Source: a virus
Taxonomy: Duplodnaviria > Caudoviricetes
Reading direction: 5' to 3' (one strand)
DNA length: 64,000 bases
Virus record (IMG/VR): IMGVR_UViG_3300047557_002530
The first letter of the stretch is position 1. The number at the start of each line of letters is the position of its first letter. The position numbers and the translations under genes are program-made. The notes under the pieces were generated by a model. It was given only the letters and a program-made list of their open reading frames with translations, was not told the origin of the DNA and ran no database searches. This document shows, in pieces, positions 15,942 through 25,935 of this stretch.

Positions 15942-17330
15942 TTAGTAACCTATTGGATGACTATCAACGTAATCTGTATTATAAACAGGATCAAGTTCAC
16001 TAAATCTTAAGGTTAATTGATATGATGTTATAGTTTTTTCTTCATCATTAAAAGTCATATAAGTTCCATCTGGAGTGTAATCAACATCACAACTAAGAAG
16101 GGCACACTCTTTTATTCTATTTAATGATTTGTGTGGTTCCAATCCTTTGTCTGAAGTTCCAGTTTGATATTGAATGGAAAATACATAAGGAGCTTTTAAG
16201 AATACCGCAGTATTTGCTCTTCTTGTTGCCATCCCAGCTTTAAAAAAGTATATAATTTCTTTTACTTTTTTTGCTTCACTTTCACTTCTTGGAGATAATC
16301 TGAATGTGAAGTTAAATGGTCTTAGTGATGGTCCAGTAAATAGTAGTTCTAAGTTTGGGTTTAAAACCGCTCCGGTTCCTCTTGAAAATAATCCTTGTGC
16401 TCCAATTGCTTCTTGTGCCAAAAACAGATGTAATGCGCTGGCATATGCTCCATAATTGGTTTTAAATTCCTTAGCAGCAATTTTGGCTTGATTTCCAACT
16501 TCTTGTATAATCTGATCACTTGTTTGCATTGCTAGAGATGCTCTTCCCGCAAAAGCTGAAAGAGGATCTAAAGTAGGATTTCCCCAATCAACACTATTAC
16601 TATCAGTTATTGAGGGTTGTATTGGTAATACCACTGATCCAAAAGGTTGTGAAAGAGATTTTGTTCCAAAAGTAAAATTTGCATCTTTTGGTTGAGTTCC
16701 TGTAAAATCTCTTCCAATTATTTCTTTTAATCTGAATAAAATAGTATCTTGTTTAGTGCTTATATCTTCTGGATATCTTGCATTTATCGCAGATAATCTC
16801 GCCTTTACTGTTGATTCTCTTGGATCGCTTATAATTTTATTTGTTAGTTTATTTATATCTTCATTGGTAGTTGTTAATGGTTCTGTTGCTGGTTGTTGAT
16901 TTAGATCTGGTTCATCTGGAGATGCTGTATTTCCGGCACCTGGAATTCCTAAAGTTTTTGCTTTTTGCGGAGCTCCATGATTATTAAACTGTCCCAATCT
17001 CCCATCATTTAATTGTCCTGTTGGAGATCCAACTCCGGTTCCAGCACTATAAAATGCCGTTGCTAATGCTTCTTTTGTAGAATATGCGGCCGCTAACGAG
17101 GTGTTTCTATATCTTAATTCATTGAATACATTGCCAGAACCTATCCATCCGCTCCAGGTTCCGTCTGCATTTTGTTTTGATTCTAAGTAAATATTACTAC
17201 TTAAATCATAATTTGGACCATCATATGGATACCAGCGCGACTTTCCACTATCTAAGTCGGTCAATACTCTTCCCTTTACTTGAATTCCTTTTATTCTAAT
17301 AGTTAAATCATCATCTCTATTATTTGCCAT
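15942..17330 (-). CDS. 48: Baseplate tail-tube cap gp48
   Basis: NPNLELLFTGPSLRPFNFTFRLSPRSESE; CALLSCDVDYTPDG. Confidence 0.85.
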   Translation of the reverse strand: MANNRDDDLTIRIKGIQVKGRVLTDLDSGKSRWYPYDGPNYDLSSNIYLESKQNADGTWSGWIGSGNVFNELRYRNTSLAAAYSTKEALATAFYSAGTGVGSPTGQLNDGRLGQFNNHGAPQKAKTLGIPGAGNTASPDEPDLNQQPATEPLTTTNEDINKLTNKIISDPRESTVKARLSAINARYPEDISTKQDTILFRLKEIIGRDFTGTQPKDANFTFGTKSLSQPFGSVVLPIQPSITDSNSVDWGNPTLDPLSAFAGRASLAMQTSDQIIQEVGNQAKIAAKEFKTNYGAYASALHLFLAQEAIGAQGLFSRGTGAVLNPNLELLFTGPSLRPFNFTFRLSPRSESEAKKVKEIIYFFKAGMATRRANTAVFLKAPYVFSIQYQTGTSDKGLEPHKSLNRIKECALLSCDVDYTPDGTYMTFNDEEKTITSYQLTLRFSELDPVYNTDYVDSHPIGY

Positions 17331-17332
17331 CA

Positions 17333-17390
17333 GAAATCCTCCCCAACTACAAGAGGATTAGTCATCTCAATTTTTTGTAGAGTATGAGAC
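17333..17390 (-). promoter_or_regulatory. Structured leader of gene 48 (two hairpins with complementary loops, SD sequestered)
   Basis: On the minus strand: tctca/tgaga and aatcctc/gaggatt stems; loops contain ctacaa and ttgtag. Confidence 0.45.
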
Positions 17391-17409
17391 ATTTATAGAT
17401 GTTTTTTAT

Positions 17410-17796
17410 TTATTTAGTTCTAAATTTTCCATATCGAAGAGAACGAAGATAATCAATCTCATTCTTTTTAACTTCTAGTAGTAAACTATTAACTTCAAAC
17501 CAGGTATAATTTCTCACTGTTCCCCAATGAAAATTAAGTCCAGTAAACCCCCATTTTTCTATTGAAAGTGCTGCGATTAAAGGGAACTCATCATATCTTA
17601 ACCCTTTTGTTTTTGCTGAGTATATAAAAGTATAATATTTTCCAACATCAGGAACAAAATCTCCTTCACGGAAAACTTCCATAATAGTCATCATAATATC
17701 ATCAGGTTTTGTATATTTGTATTTCTTTAGTTTCTCTTTTAGTTCATTAACTCTTTTAGAACCTGAACCGACATATTGACCGAATCCTTGTGCCAT
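17410..17796 (-). CDS. Putative DNA end protector (gp2-like)
   Basis: YYTFIYSAKT...YDEFPLI...GFTGLNFHW; adjacent to gene 4. Confidence 0.55.
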   Translation of the reverse strand: MAQGFGQYVGSGSKRVNELKEKLKKYKYTKPDDIMMTIMEVFREGDFVPDVGKYYTFIYSAKTKGLRYDEFPLIAALSIEKWGFTGLNFHWGTVRNYTWFEVNSLLLEVKKNEIDYLRSLRYGKFRTK

Positions 17797-18248
17797 TATT
17801 TTATGCCTAGGTTGTCTTCTGTTATAATCTTGAATTCAATCATACGATCATCACACCATTCTTTAATAGATCTCCATTTTGATTGATTAACTGCATAAGT
17901 ATTTACTTCATTAATATAGGTTTTATTTTTCTTTTTTCCTTGAACTGGAGGAACTGTTTGTTTTTTTGGTTTTATTTCTATCACATATTTTTGGGTTTTT
18001 CCATTATTTTCAAGAACTTCAATAATAAAATCCGGAAAGTATCTACATACTTTTTGTTTTACTGGATTATAATATGGAATACAAAATTCTTCTGATCCAT
18101 ACTTTAACACATTAGGTGTGCGATCACACCACTGCATAAATTTTAGTTCCCAACTACTTCTATACACTATATTTTCGGAGTTTCCAATATATTTTTCTGG
18201 ATTTTTTGGATGAAAATATCCCTGATGATACTTAGAGTCACGAGGCAT
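17796..18248 (-). CDS. 4: Head completion nuclease gp4
   Basis: YRSSWELKFMQWCD; RYFPDFII; EIKPKKQT; NQSKW. Confidence 0.9.
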   Translation of the reverse strand: MPRDSKYHQGYFHPKNPEKYIGNSENIVYRSSWELKFMQWCDRTPNVLKYGSEEFCIPYYNPVKQKVCRYFPDFIIEVLENNGKTQKYVIEIKPKKQTVPPVQGKKKNKTYINEVNTYAVNQSKWRSIKEWCDDRMIEFKIITEDNLGIK

Positions 18249-18675
18249 TTTTCCAACCCCTGTGAAATTTTCTTTTTCCAGATAAGACCTGACCTAGATG
18301 TGTGGGATTTAAATTCAATTTTTTGCATATGTGGGATATACAATCAAATTCAATTATTTCACCTTCTTTTGAAATTATTTTTCCTCCCTTTTGGAATTGT
18401 GGATATTCGCATCCTTTATTAAGTGCTGGTTTTCCTTTTCTTTTTTTAGAAGATGTTTCTATTGCTTTACTCATATCCCTTCCCTTTGCAATTTCACTCA
18501 TTTTCTTTTTTGTTTCTTCGGAGTGTTTTTGTCCTTTCATTCCTGGAAAATGAACTCCAGTTATTATACATTCATAAGTTTCTGATACAATCGTTGCTCC
18601 ATCAACATTGAATGTTTCGCACAATTTAGTTGTATCCCAAATATACGAATGTATTTTTATTTTTTTCATATACAT
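18238..18675 (-). CDS. NUMOD3/HTH protein of homing-endonuclease type, no recognisable nuclease domain
   Basis: [12 protein letters not shown]; C-terminal CKKLNLNPTHLGQVLSGKRKFHRGW; TATAAATA upstream. Confidence 0.6.
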   Translation of the reverse strand: MYMKKIKIHSYIWDTTKLCETFNVDGATIVSETYECIITGVHFPGMKGQKHSEETKKKMSEIAKGRDMSKAIETSSKKRKGKPALNKGCEYPQFQKGGKIISKEGEIIEFDCISHICKKLNLNPTHLGQVLSGKRKFHRGWKNAS

Positions 18676-18704
18676 AATATATCAATAAGAGTATTTATAG
18701 ATAG

Positions 18705-19547
18705 ATGGCATCTCCTAGTTCATCTAATAAGTCGCCTAGATTCAATCCAACTTCCGAACTTGTATCAAAGATAATGCGTCCAGCATTAACTTCTCATTAT
18801 AATGTTTATTTAAATCCTGACCAACTTTTAAGTGAAAATGAAAAAAGTAAGGAAGGTATAAGAAACTTTTTTAACAATAGACAGGCAAATATTGAAGAAG
18901 AAATTTTGGCTCTTTCTTGTTCTGAAGCATCTCTACCTGGATCTTCATTGGCTACACATGAAATCAATAATGACTTTACTGGCGTAACAGAAAGGCATGT
19001 ATATAGAAGACAATATGATGATAGAATAGATTTTACTTTTTATGTAGATCACGATCATAAAGTTATAAAGTTTTTTGAAACTTGGATGTCTTGGGCTGTT
19101 GGAGAAACCCAACTCACCGAGCAATCAAATTTAAATTATTCATATAGAGTTAGGTTTCCAAAAGGTTATAGATGCAATATTTTCGTTCAAAAGTTTGAAA
19201 AAGATTATACTAACTATTCTGAATATACTTTTATAGGAGCATATCCAATATCAATTGCTTCAATGCCTATTTCATATGACTCTTCTCAACTTCTAAAGTG
19301 TACTGTATCTTTTAGTTACATTAGATATTTTATGAATAACTTAAAATCTAATGTTAATTCATTAGTCGATATTCAACTAAGATCAGAAGAAGAACTTCGC
19401 AATAATTTACCTCAGGGAACAACTTTTCTTCAGGGTGGAGTTGATGATATTATAAATTCATTACCGCCCGCATTAAGAGCGTCCTCTGCAGTATTTACTC
19501 CGGATCAATTGCAGCAAAGATTTCCTGGTCTTTTCTCACGTCAATAA
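18705..19547 (+). CDS. Tail-tube-related baseplate protein (gp54/gp19-like)
   Basis: SCSEASLPG; RRQYDDRIDFTFYVD; FIGAYPISIASM..SYD; CTVSFSY. Confidence 0.7.
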   Translation: MASPSSSNKSPRFNPTSELVSKIMRPALTSHYNVYLNPDQLLSENEKSKEGIRNFFNNRQANIEEEILALSCSEASLPGSSLATHEINNDFTGVTERHVYRRQYDDRIDFTFYVDHDHKVIKFFETWMSWAVGETQLTEQSNLNYSYRVRFPKGYRCNIFVQKFEKDYTNYSEYTFIGAYPISIASMPISYDSSQLLKCTVSFSYIRYFMNNLKSNVNSLVDIQLRSEEELRNNLPQGTTFLQGGVDDIINSLPPALRASSAVFTPDQLQQRFPGLFSRQ

Positions 19548-19577
19548 ATAATTATACTGAAATTTCTATAGGTCATT

Positions 19578-20297
19578 ATGCCTTTACCAAAAATCTCTAC
19601 GCCAACATATGAGTTGGAACTTCCTTCTACAGGACAAGAAATTCAATATAGACCATTTCTTGTCAAAGAAGAAAAACTTCTTGTTCTTGCATTAGAAAGT
19701 GAGAATATAAAAGAAATCACAACAGCAATTAAGAATGTAATCAAGAGTTGCATTCAGACAAAAAACATCAAAGTTGAATCTCTTCCTACTTTTGATATTG
19801 AATATCTCTTTTTGAATATTCGCGGTAAGTCTGTTGGGGAAGAGATTGAAGTTAATGTCATCTGCCCTGATGATGGGGAGACTTATGTTCCCGTGAAAAT
19901 TAATATTGACGAAATTCAAGTTCAAAAGAATGAAGAGCATACGAATAAAATTCAAGTAGATGATAATATCGTTATGCAAATGAAGTATCCTTCATTGGAT
20001 CAATTCATTAAAAACAACTTTGATTTTTCTGGTGATACAAATATGGACCAGTCCTTTGATCTGGTCGCTAGTTGTATTGATAAAATCTTTAATGAAGAAG
20101 AAGTTTGGACTTCAGGTGATGTAACTAAAAAGGAACTCATTGATTTCTTGGAGCAAATGAACTCTGCTCAATTCAAGCAAATTGAAAAGTTCTTTGAAAC
20201 AATGCCTAAACTTTCTCATTCGGTAAAGGTTAAGAATCCAAAAACTGAAGTTGAAAGTGAAGTTGTATTGGAAGGGTTATCCAGTTTTTTCGCATAG
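19578..20297 (+). CDS. 26: Baseplate hub assembly protein gp26
   Basis: MPLPKISTPTYELELPS...YRPFLVKEEKLL; FDIEYLFLNIRGKSVGE; ends LSSFFA. Confidence 0.88.
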   Translation: MPLPKISTPTYELELPSTGQEIQYRPFLVKEEKLLVLALESENIKEITTAIKNVIKSCIQTKNIKVESLPTFDIEYLFLNIRGKSVGEEIEVNVICPDDGETYVPVKINIDEIQVQKNEEHTNKIQVDDNIVMQMKYPSLDQFIKNNFDFSGDTNMDQSFDLVASCIDKIFNEEEVWTSGDVTKKELIDFLEQMNSAQFKQIEKFFETMPKLSHSVKVKNPKTEVESEVVLEGLSSFFA

Positions 20298-20315
20298 GTA
20301 TGGTCCATATGGACC
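20285..20315 (+). promoter_or_regulatory. Candidate -1 frameshift signal (T TTT TTC plus hairpin) joining gene 26 to gene 51
   Basis: Heptamer 20285-20291; the -1 frame runs into the gene 51 ORF; hairpin ggtcc-atat-ggacc at 20302-20315. Confidence 0.55.
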
Positions 20316-20476
20316 TAGAAAATTTCTATAAGTTGAACTTTGCTTTGATGCAGTACCATAAATATTCACTATGGGAGATTGAAAATATGATGCCCTGGGA
20401 AAGGGATGTGTATGTTGCAATGTTGAAGAATTATTTGGAAGAAGAAAAATCAAAGCAGCAACAAAATGGAAACTAA
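20300..20476 (+). CDS. 51: Baseplate hub assembly catalyst gp51-like
   Basis: Below the track cutoff; read manually: MDLENFYKLNFALMQYHKYSLWEIENMMPWERDVYVAML. Confidence 0.8.
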   Translation: MVHMDLENFYKLNFALMQYHKYSLWEIENMMPWERDVYVAMLKNYLEEEKSKQQQNGN

Positions 20477-22868
20477 TGCCCCATCTAAATTACCAATAAC
20501 GTGGTTTACCGTAGACCAAATTGGTGTGTCAACATGGGGCAAATTAAAGGCGAAACTTACTGGGATAAAAAGTCAGTTTGGAAATTATTTTTCTCACGTA
20601 AACATATCAGAAAGTGACGCTGATAAATTAATAGAAAATATTAAGAAGTCTGGTCGTTATCCTGTATTGACCGATGAATCTGGAGATAATTTAGAGACAT
20701 ATGAGAACTGGTTAGTCGATACTTATTTAAAATCTGCGTCAACAGAATACAAATCAAATGGTGATAGTGATAATGAAAAAAAGAACGAAATCGTAAAGGT
20801 AGAGTCTAAAAAAGAGTCTGCCCCTCCTTTGTATGAAGGTGTCAGAGAGACCGACTTAGTTGACGAAGAGATTGATGAGAGAATATTAGAAATACTTGGA
20901 TTAGAAGAAGTTTATGACTTCACCTATGGTGAATATAAACAACTTCTTTTTACTGAACTTCAAAAAATAGATAGGGGAGAAGAAAAATCTACTGATAGAG
21001 CAATGCTCCTTCAGGATGAATTTAAAAGAATAAAAGGTAAAGTAGGAAAATTTAAACTAAAGAAGAAAAAAATAACTGCAGAAAGTATTGGTACAACTGG
21101 TCCTATACAGATTTCAAAAGATAAGTTTTTTGTCACAAGTAGAGCAATCGTTCCAACGACTCCTACTTCAATACAAGAGTCCTCTAAAGATATAACTGAT
21201 ATTGAAAAAGCACTTGATGATATTCTAAAAAGTTTAACATTACAAAATAAAGAAAAGAAAAAAAGAGCAGACGAAGAAAGAAAAAAATCAGAAGACCGTA
21301 AAAGAAGACAGAGAGAAGGTGATTTAGAAAAACCACTGTCGCAATTAAAAGCACTAGCAAAAAAAATCATTGCGCCCGCACAGGGAATACTTAATCGCAT
21401 CTTTAGGTTTATCAAGTTTACTTTATTGGGATATGCGTTCAATCAACTTGTAAAATGGTTTAGTGATCCTAAGAATGCAGATAAGGTAAAGGTTCTTGGA
21501 AGATTCTTGTCAGATTGGTGGCCTGCATTACTATCTGCATATGTTCTATTTGCTACTCCATTTGGTAAGTTTATTCGAGTTACTTTAAAACTGTTGAGGG
21601 GACTTATTCCCCAGATGGTTAAGTTTATTGCCAAACATCCATTTGCATTTGCTGGAGTTACTGCTGCTCTTGCTGTTGGTGGCGCTGAAATGTGGAGACA
21701 GCAAAAAGAAAAAGGACAAATAGAAAAGGAATCGCAAAAACGTAACGTAAAACCAGAAGTTGTTCAGAGAGAAGTTACTGAAGCAAAGAGTTCTCCCCTC
21801 GGAATGATTGGGGAGACTTTTTCAAAGATTGGACCTTTAGGTATGTTTAATACCGGTGGTTTAGTCAGAAGAAAGTCATTCTTTGGTGGTGGAGAAATAC
21901 AGAAAGAACTTGATATAAATCAAATCGCATTTGCTGAGGGCGGTGGTGTTGATGATAGTAGTGGAGTAAGAATTAAAGGTGCTGGACCTGATACTCAGTT
22001 GATTGCTGCCGCTCCTGGTGAAGTAGTAATGTCTAAGAAAGCAGTTGATAAGTATGGCGCAAACTTCTTTCTAGACTTAAACAAAAAAGCAGGTGGAACT
22101 AATATTCCAAAGATAGCAAATAATATTCAACTCGCTGCTGGTGGTGGATTAATTAAGAGAACTATAAAGTCATTCCAAGGTGGTGGAATGGTTGGTGGCA
22201 ATAGAAGTTCTATTCCATCTACATCGGGTGGTGGAAGTGGATTTAATCCTATGCGTGGGTTTATGAATTGGTGGAATCGCGGAAGAAATGTTAGAGTTCC
22301 AAATGAAAATACTGCAAAGTTTGGTGGACTTAAACAATACATTAAGAAAAATCCAAATCCAAAAACTTTATTTGGAGATGATGCATTACAGATAACTAGA
22401 GGTAATAAAGCATTTCAATCTGGTGCAACTGGATATAGTGGGTGGAATCCATTCAAAGCATTTACTCCCAATATGGTAAAGACGGGACCAACTCCAGCAA
22501 TTCGCCAAGCAGTTGAAAGACCATTAAGATCTTTCTCTTCTGCTCCTAAAGTTTTAAAAGGTATTGGTGGTGGAGTTGGTAGTATTCTTATGGACATGGC
22601 TTTCCCAGAACCTGCATTTAATCCAACGTTAGATGATGCAAGAAGAATGGGATTCCCTATGGGACCACAATCCAAAGCAATGCCTCCAGGACCACCAACC
22701 ATTATATCAAAAACAACTTTTACTGTCCTTCCTCCAATTAAAGTGCCAAGTAAATCTCAATCTGTTCCTAAAACATCTGAACTTCCTTCTTTTAATATAT
22801 CTGCTAATAGTGATTCTCGTTCTAATATTGCAATTAGCCTTGGTATTAGAGATTTAGTAGGAGTATAA
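20466..22868 (+). CDS. Putative tape-measure/baseplate hub protein
   Basis: 800 aa; coiled-coil and hydrophobic segments; follows genes 26 and 51. Confidence 0.55.
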   Translation: METNAPSKLPITWFTVDQIGVSTWGKLKAKLTGIKSQFGNYFSHVNISESDADKLIENIKKSGRYPVLTDESGDNLETYENWLVDTYLKSASTEYKSNGDSDNEKKNEIVKVESKKESAPPLYEGVRETDLVDEEIDERILEILGLEEVYDFTYGEYKQLLFTELQKIDRGEEKSTDRAMLLQDEFKRIKGKVGKFKLKKKKITAESIGTTGPIQISKDKFFVTSRAIVPTTPTSIQESSKDITDIEKALDDILKSLTLQNKEKKKRADEERKKSEDRKRRQREGDLEKPLSQLKALAKKIIAPAQGILNRIFRFIKFTLLGYAFNQLVKWFSDPKNADKVKVLGRFLSDWWPALLSAYVLFATPFGKFIRVTLKLLRGLIPQMVKFIAKHPFAFAGVTAALAVGGAEMWRQQKEKGQIEKESQKRNVKPEVVQREVTEAKSSPLGMIGETFSKIGPLGMFNTGGLVRRKSFFGGGEIQKELDINQIAFAEGGGVDDSSGVRIKGAGPDTQLIAAAPGEVVMSKKAVDKYGANFFLDLNKKAGGTNIPKIANNIQLAAGGGLIKRTIKSFQGGGMVGGNRSSIPSTSGGGSGFNPMRGFMNWWNRGRNVRVPNENTAKFGGLKQYIKKNPNPKTLFGDDALQITRGNKAFQSGATGYSGWNPFKAFTPNMVKTGPTPAIRQAVERPLRSFSSAPKVLKGIGGGVGSILMDMAFPEPAFNPTLDDARRMGFPMGPQSKAMPPGPPTIISKTTFTVLPPIKVPSKSQSVPKTSELPSFNISANSDSRSNIAISLGIRDLVGV

Positions 22869-22869
22869 A

Positions 22870-25800
22870 ATGGCAACTATAGATTCCAGAAAACTTTTAC
22901 CTCCAAGTAAAGAAAGCAGTGCAATAGAGAAACCAATGTTTCTTGTGCCTGCTAAAAGTATTTCCGCAAAAGAAATAACAGGTCCTGATCTAAAACCTGT
23001 AGATAAAACAGGAACTGATGAACCCGGAAGTTTAGTTGTAGTTAAAAAGAAGGTTGTAAGTTTAAGTAAGATAATAAACAACAATCTTTTACTTGATCAA
23101 AGGGAAGCATCTACAAAAAGAAAAGAAGAAGAAAAATCTAAAAGAGAAAGGAAAGAAAAGGATTTAGAGAAAAAAGTTAAGAAAAATAATATTAAACCAG
23201 ACCTGATAGGATCAATTCCAGGGCAGAGTATTTTAGATAAGATTAATCGTTTCATTGGATTTACTCTACTTGGTTATTTGTTTAATCAATATGGAGAACT
23301 ACTTCCCAAACTTATGGAGTTTGGAAAAGTTCTCGAACCAGTTGGAAAATTTGTTGAAGGATTTGCTAAAAATATATTAAAAGGTGTAGTTGATTTTGTT
23401 GAGTTTGGTTATAAAGCATACGATCAAACAAGAGACTTTGTTAAACAGATTGGTGGAGAAGGCGCAGAAAAAACATTTGATGAGTTCTCAAAGAACTTAA
23501 ACCTTTTATTGAATGGTGCTATTGGCGCCGCAATGTTGATTGCAAGTACTGAACCTAAAAAATCTAATAATCTTTCTGGTAAAGGTGGTGGATATGGTGT
23601 TGGGTATGCGGCTGGATATGCTGCAGGTCTTGCTTCAGGCAAAGGTATTAGACCTGGCGCTGGATTTAGAGACCCTGGTAGATATAGAGCACAAGGTCAA
23701 GCTAGAGCAGGTGGATTTGATCTAGAACAGTCAAGGAAAGCAAATACCAGACAAAATATGCTTTCCCCTACTGGACCAAGAGGACCCTTAGATGGAATTG
23801 GGAGAAGATTTAGGGGAGCATCAGCGCAACTTGAGACTGGAACTTTATTTAAAAGAGGTGCTGGAATTCAAAAAGCATTATATAATGCTCCAGGAAAAAT
23901 AAAGGGCGTAATGCCAAAAGGTGTTGGAAAAGTATTTGGTAGAGTTCCTATTGTTGGTGGACTGATTGATTTTGCATTCTCTCTTGCTATGGGGGAAAAT
24001 CCAGGTAGAGCAGCAGCAAAAGCAGTAGGTGCTACTGTTGGTTCTGCACTTGGAACTTTTATCCCAGTTCCATTTGCAGGTACTATTCTTGGTGGTATTC
24101 TTGGTGACATTGTTGGTGGGGCAATGTATGATACTTTGGTTGGAAGTAGACCAGAACCTGTTAAAGCAAAAGCAGGAGGGGGAACTGTTACTAGAGGTGG
24201 ACAATCTACTGCTGCGCCATCAAGAAAACTTAAAACTGGACCAAAGAAGACTGCGCCAAAGATTCAACTACAAAAAACGCAACCAGGAAAAGATGTTGGT
24301 GGTAAGTTAAAACTAGAGGAACTTTATGGCAAAGAAGAACCTGGAAAAAGAAGTGCATTAAGAGCACTAAGAAAAAGTGCCGAAGATGTTAAAAAAATGA
24401 CATCTTTAAATGGTCTTGCCGGTTCAATGTTTGGGGCTGGTATTGATATGGCACTCGGACAAAAACCAGATAAGAAACTTGCAAAATCAATTGGCGATGT
24501 ATTTGGTTCAGTCGTTCAGAATGCAGTAAACGCAGAACTTAGTAGTTCTTTTGGTGATATTTCTAAAACAATTGCGATGGCAAATGGTGGAGTAGTTCCT
24601 ACAAGAGAGATTGGAAGCGGGCTGAGTATTGGTGAAAGAATAGGGAAGTTTATTTCCAATGCTCTTGCGATTTCTATTGAGAATTCTGCATCAAAGATAC
24701 TTCAGAACTTGAATAGAGAGATGAATTTGGAAGGTGGTCCTCCTGGATCTATGCCAGATACTGGACCTGGTGGAGGACCTTTAACACAAAGTCAACAAGA
24801 AGCATTTGAGAAAATTAGAAAGATTGCTGAAAAAGTTGGGTCTCCAAAACCAGAGGTTACTGCAGCAATTGCTATGATTGAGACTGGATGGTTATCAAAT
24901 CCAAATAGTGTTTATTTCGCAAGTGGAAAAACAAATCCATTTGGGCAAACTGGGAGGGGACCAAAGGGGTCTGTTATTGGTAAGGATGGTCAAGAACACG
25001 CTGTTTATAATAGTCTTGAAGAGGGAGTTAAATCTCATGTTGATAGGTGGAAGAGTTCTTATATTGGAAAAACTCCACAAGAAATTATAGAAAGTATTAG
25101 GACGGGTAGAGGTGCTGGTGCTCCTGGAATGTATAATACAAGTCCAAGTTGGACTTCTAAAGTTTTAAGTGCGCTTCAAAGTGGTACTCAACCACAACCA
25201 AGTGGAAAACCAACAAAAGGCGCATTTGCTTCTGTTCTTCCTAGAGGGAATCCTCAATTTGCAAGTGGATTTGGATCAAGATGGGGAAGACAACATAAGG
25301 GAATTGATATTGGTGTAGATGCAAATTCTCCGGTTACTGCGTTACAAAATGGTGAAGTTACTGACATTTATAAAGATTTTGGTGGACATGGTGATGGAGT
25401 TGTTGTTACTCATTCTGATGGAACTAAAATTGTATATGGTCACGTAAACTCAAAAGTTAGAAAGGGCGAAAAAATTAAAAAGGGACAGATTGTTGCAACA
25501 GTAAAAGGTTGGTATAATGCATATGGTAACAAAGATAATACGCATTTACACTTGGAAAGATATGTTGGTGGAGCAGCTACAGACCCAACAGGATACTTAA
25601 ATTCTTTAGTACCGCAATCACCACCACAACAACCTCCATCAAGGGTTTCGGCATCTCCAGGAACTACATTTTCATCTAATGGAGTTAATTTTTTTAAAGG
25701 AACTGATGGAAAATATTATAAAATGGGAAGAGGAAAACCTGTTGAAATTGATAAGTCCACATATGATTCAAATAAGCGAAGCACCCAAGTATCATTAGCA

Positions 25801-25911
25801 CCATCCCAATCCTCAACTGTTGCCACTTTAAATTCTGGTATTTTAAATGAAAATACGGGTATGGTTATTCTTGAAATCAAAGAAACTCAATATCAAGCAA
25901 TCATAGCTTAA
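22870..25911 (+). CDS. Tail protein with glucosaminidase-like and M23 peptidase domains
   Basis: AAIAMIETGW...NPFGQ...YNTSPSWTSKV; RQHKGIDIG...YGHVN...HLHLE. Confidence 0.7.
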   Translation: MATIDSRKLLPPSKESSAIEKPMFLVPAKSISAKEITGPDLKPVDKTGTDEPGSLVVVKKKVVSLSKIINNNLLLDQREASTKRKEEEKSKRERKEKDLEKKVKKNNIKPDLIGSIPGQSILDKINRFIGFTLLGYLFNQYGELLPKLMEFGKVLEPVGKFVEGFAKNILKGVVDFVEFGYKAYDQTRDFVKQIGGEGAEKTFDEFSKNLNLLLNGAIGAAMLIASTEPKKSNNLSGKGGGYGVGYAAGYAAGLASGKGIRPGAGFRDPGRYRAQGQARAGGFDLEQSRKANTRQNMLSPTGPRGPLDGIGRRFRGASAQLETGTLFKRGAGIQKALYNAPGKIKGVMPKGVGKVFGRVPIVGGLIDFAFSLAMGENPGRAAAKAVGATVGSALGTFIPVPFAGTILGGILGDIVGGAMYDTLVGSRPEPVKAKAGGGTVTRGGQSTAAPSRKLKTGPKKTAPKIQLQKTQPGKDVGGKLKLEELYGKEEPGKRSALRALRKSAEDVKKMTSLNGLAGSMFGAGIDMALGQKPDKKLAKSIGDVFGSVVQNAVNAELSSSFGDISKTIAMANGGVVPTREIGSGLSIGERIGKFISNALAISIENSASKILQNLNREMNLEGGPPGSMPDTGPGGGPLTQSQQEAFEKIRKIAEKVGSPKPEVTAAIAMIETGWLSNPNSVYFASGKTNPFGQTGRGPKGSVIGKDGQEHAVYNSLEEGVKSHVDRWKSSYIGKTPQEIIESIRTGRGAGAPGMYNTSPSWTSKVLSALQSGTQPQPSGKPTKGAFASVLPRGNPQFASGFGSRWGRQHKGIDIGVDANSPVTALQNGEVTDIYKDFGGHGDGVVVTHSDGTKIVYGHVNSKVRKGEKIKKGQIVATVKGWYNAYGNKDNTHLHLERYVGGAATDPTGYLNSLVPQSPPQQPPSRVSASPGTTFSSNGVNFFKGTDGKYYKMGRGKPVEIDKSTYDSNKRSTQVSLAPSQSSTVATLNSGILNENTGMVILEIKETQYQAIIA

Positions 25912-25935
25912 ATAGTATCATAGTAAGAAGTAAAA

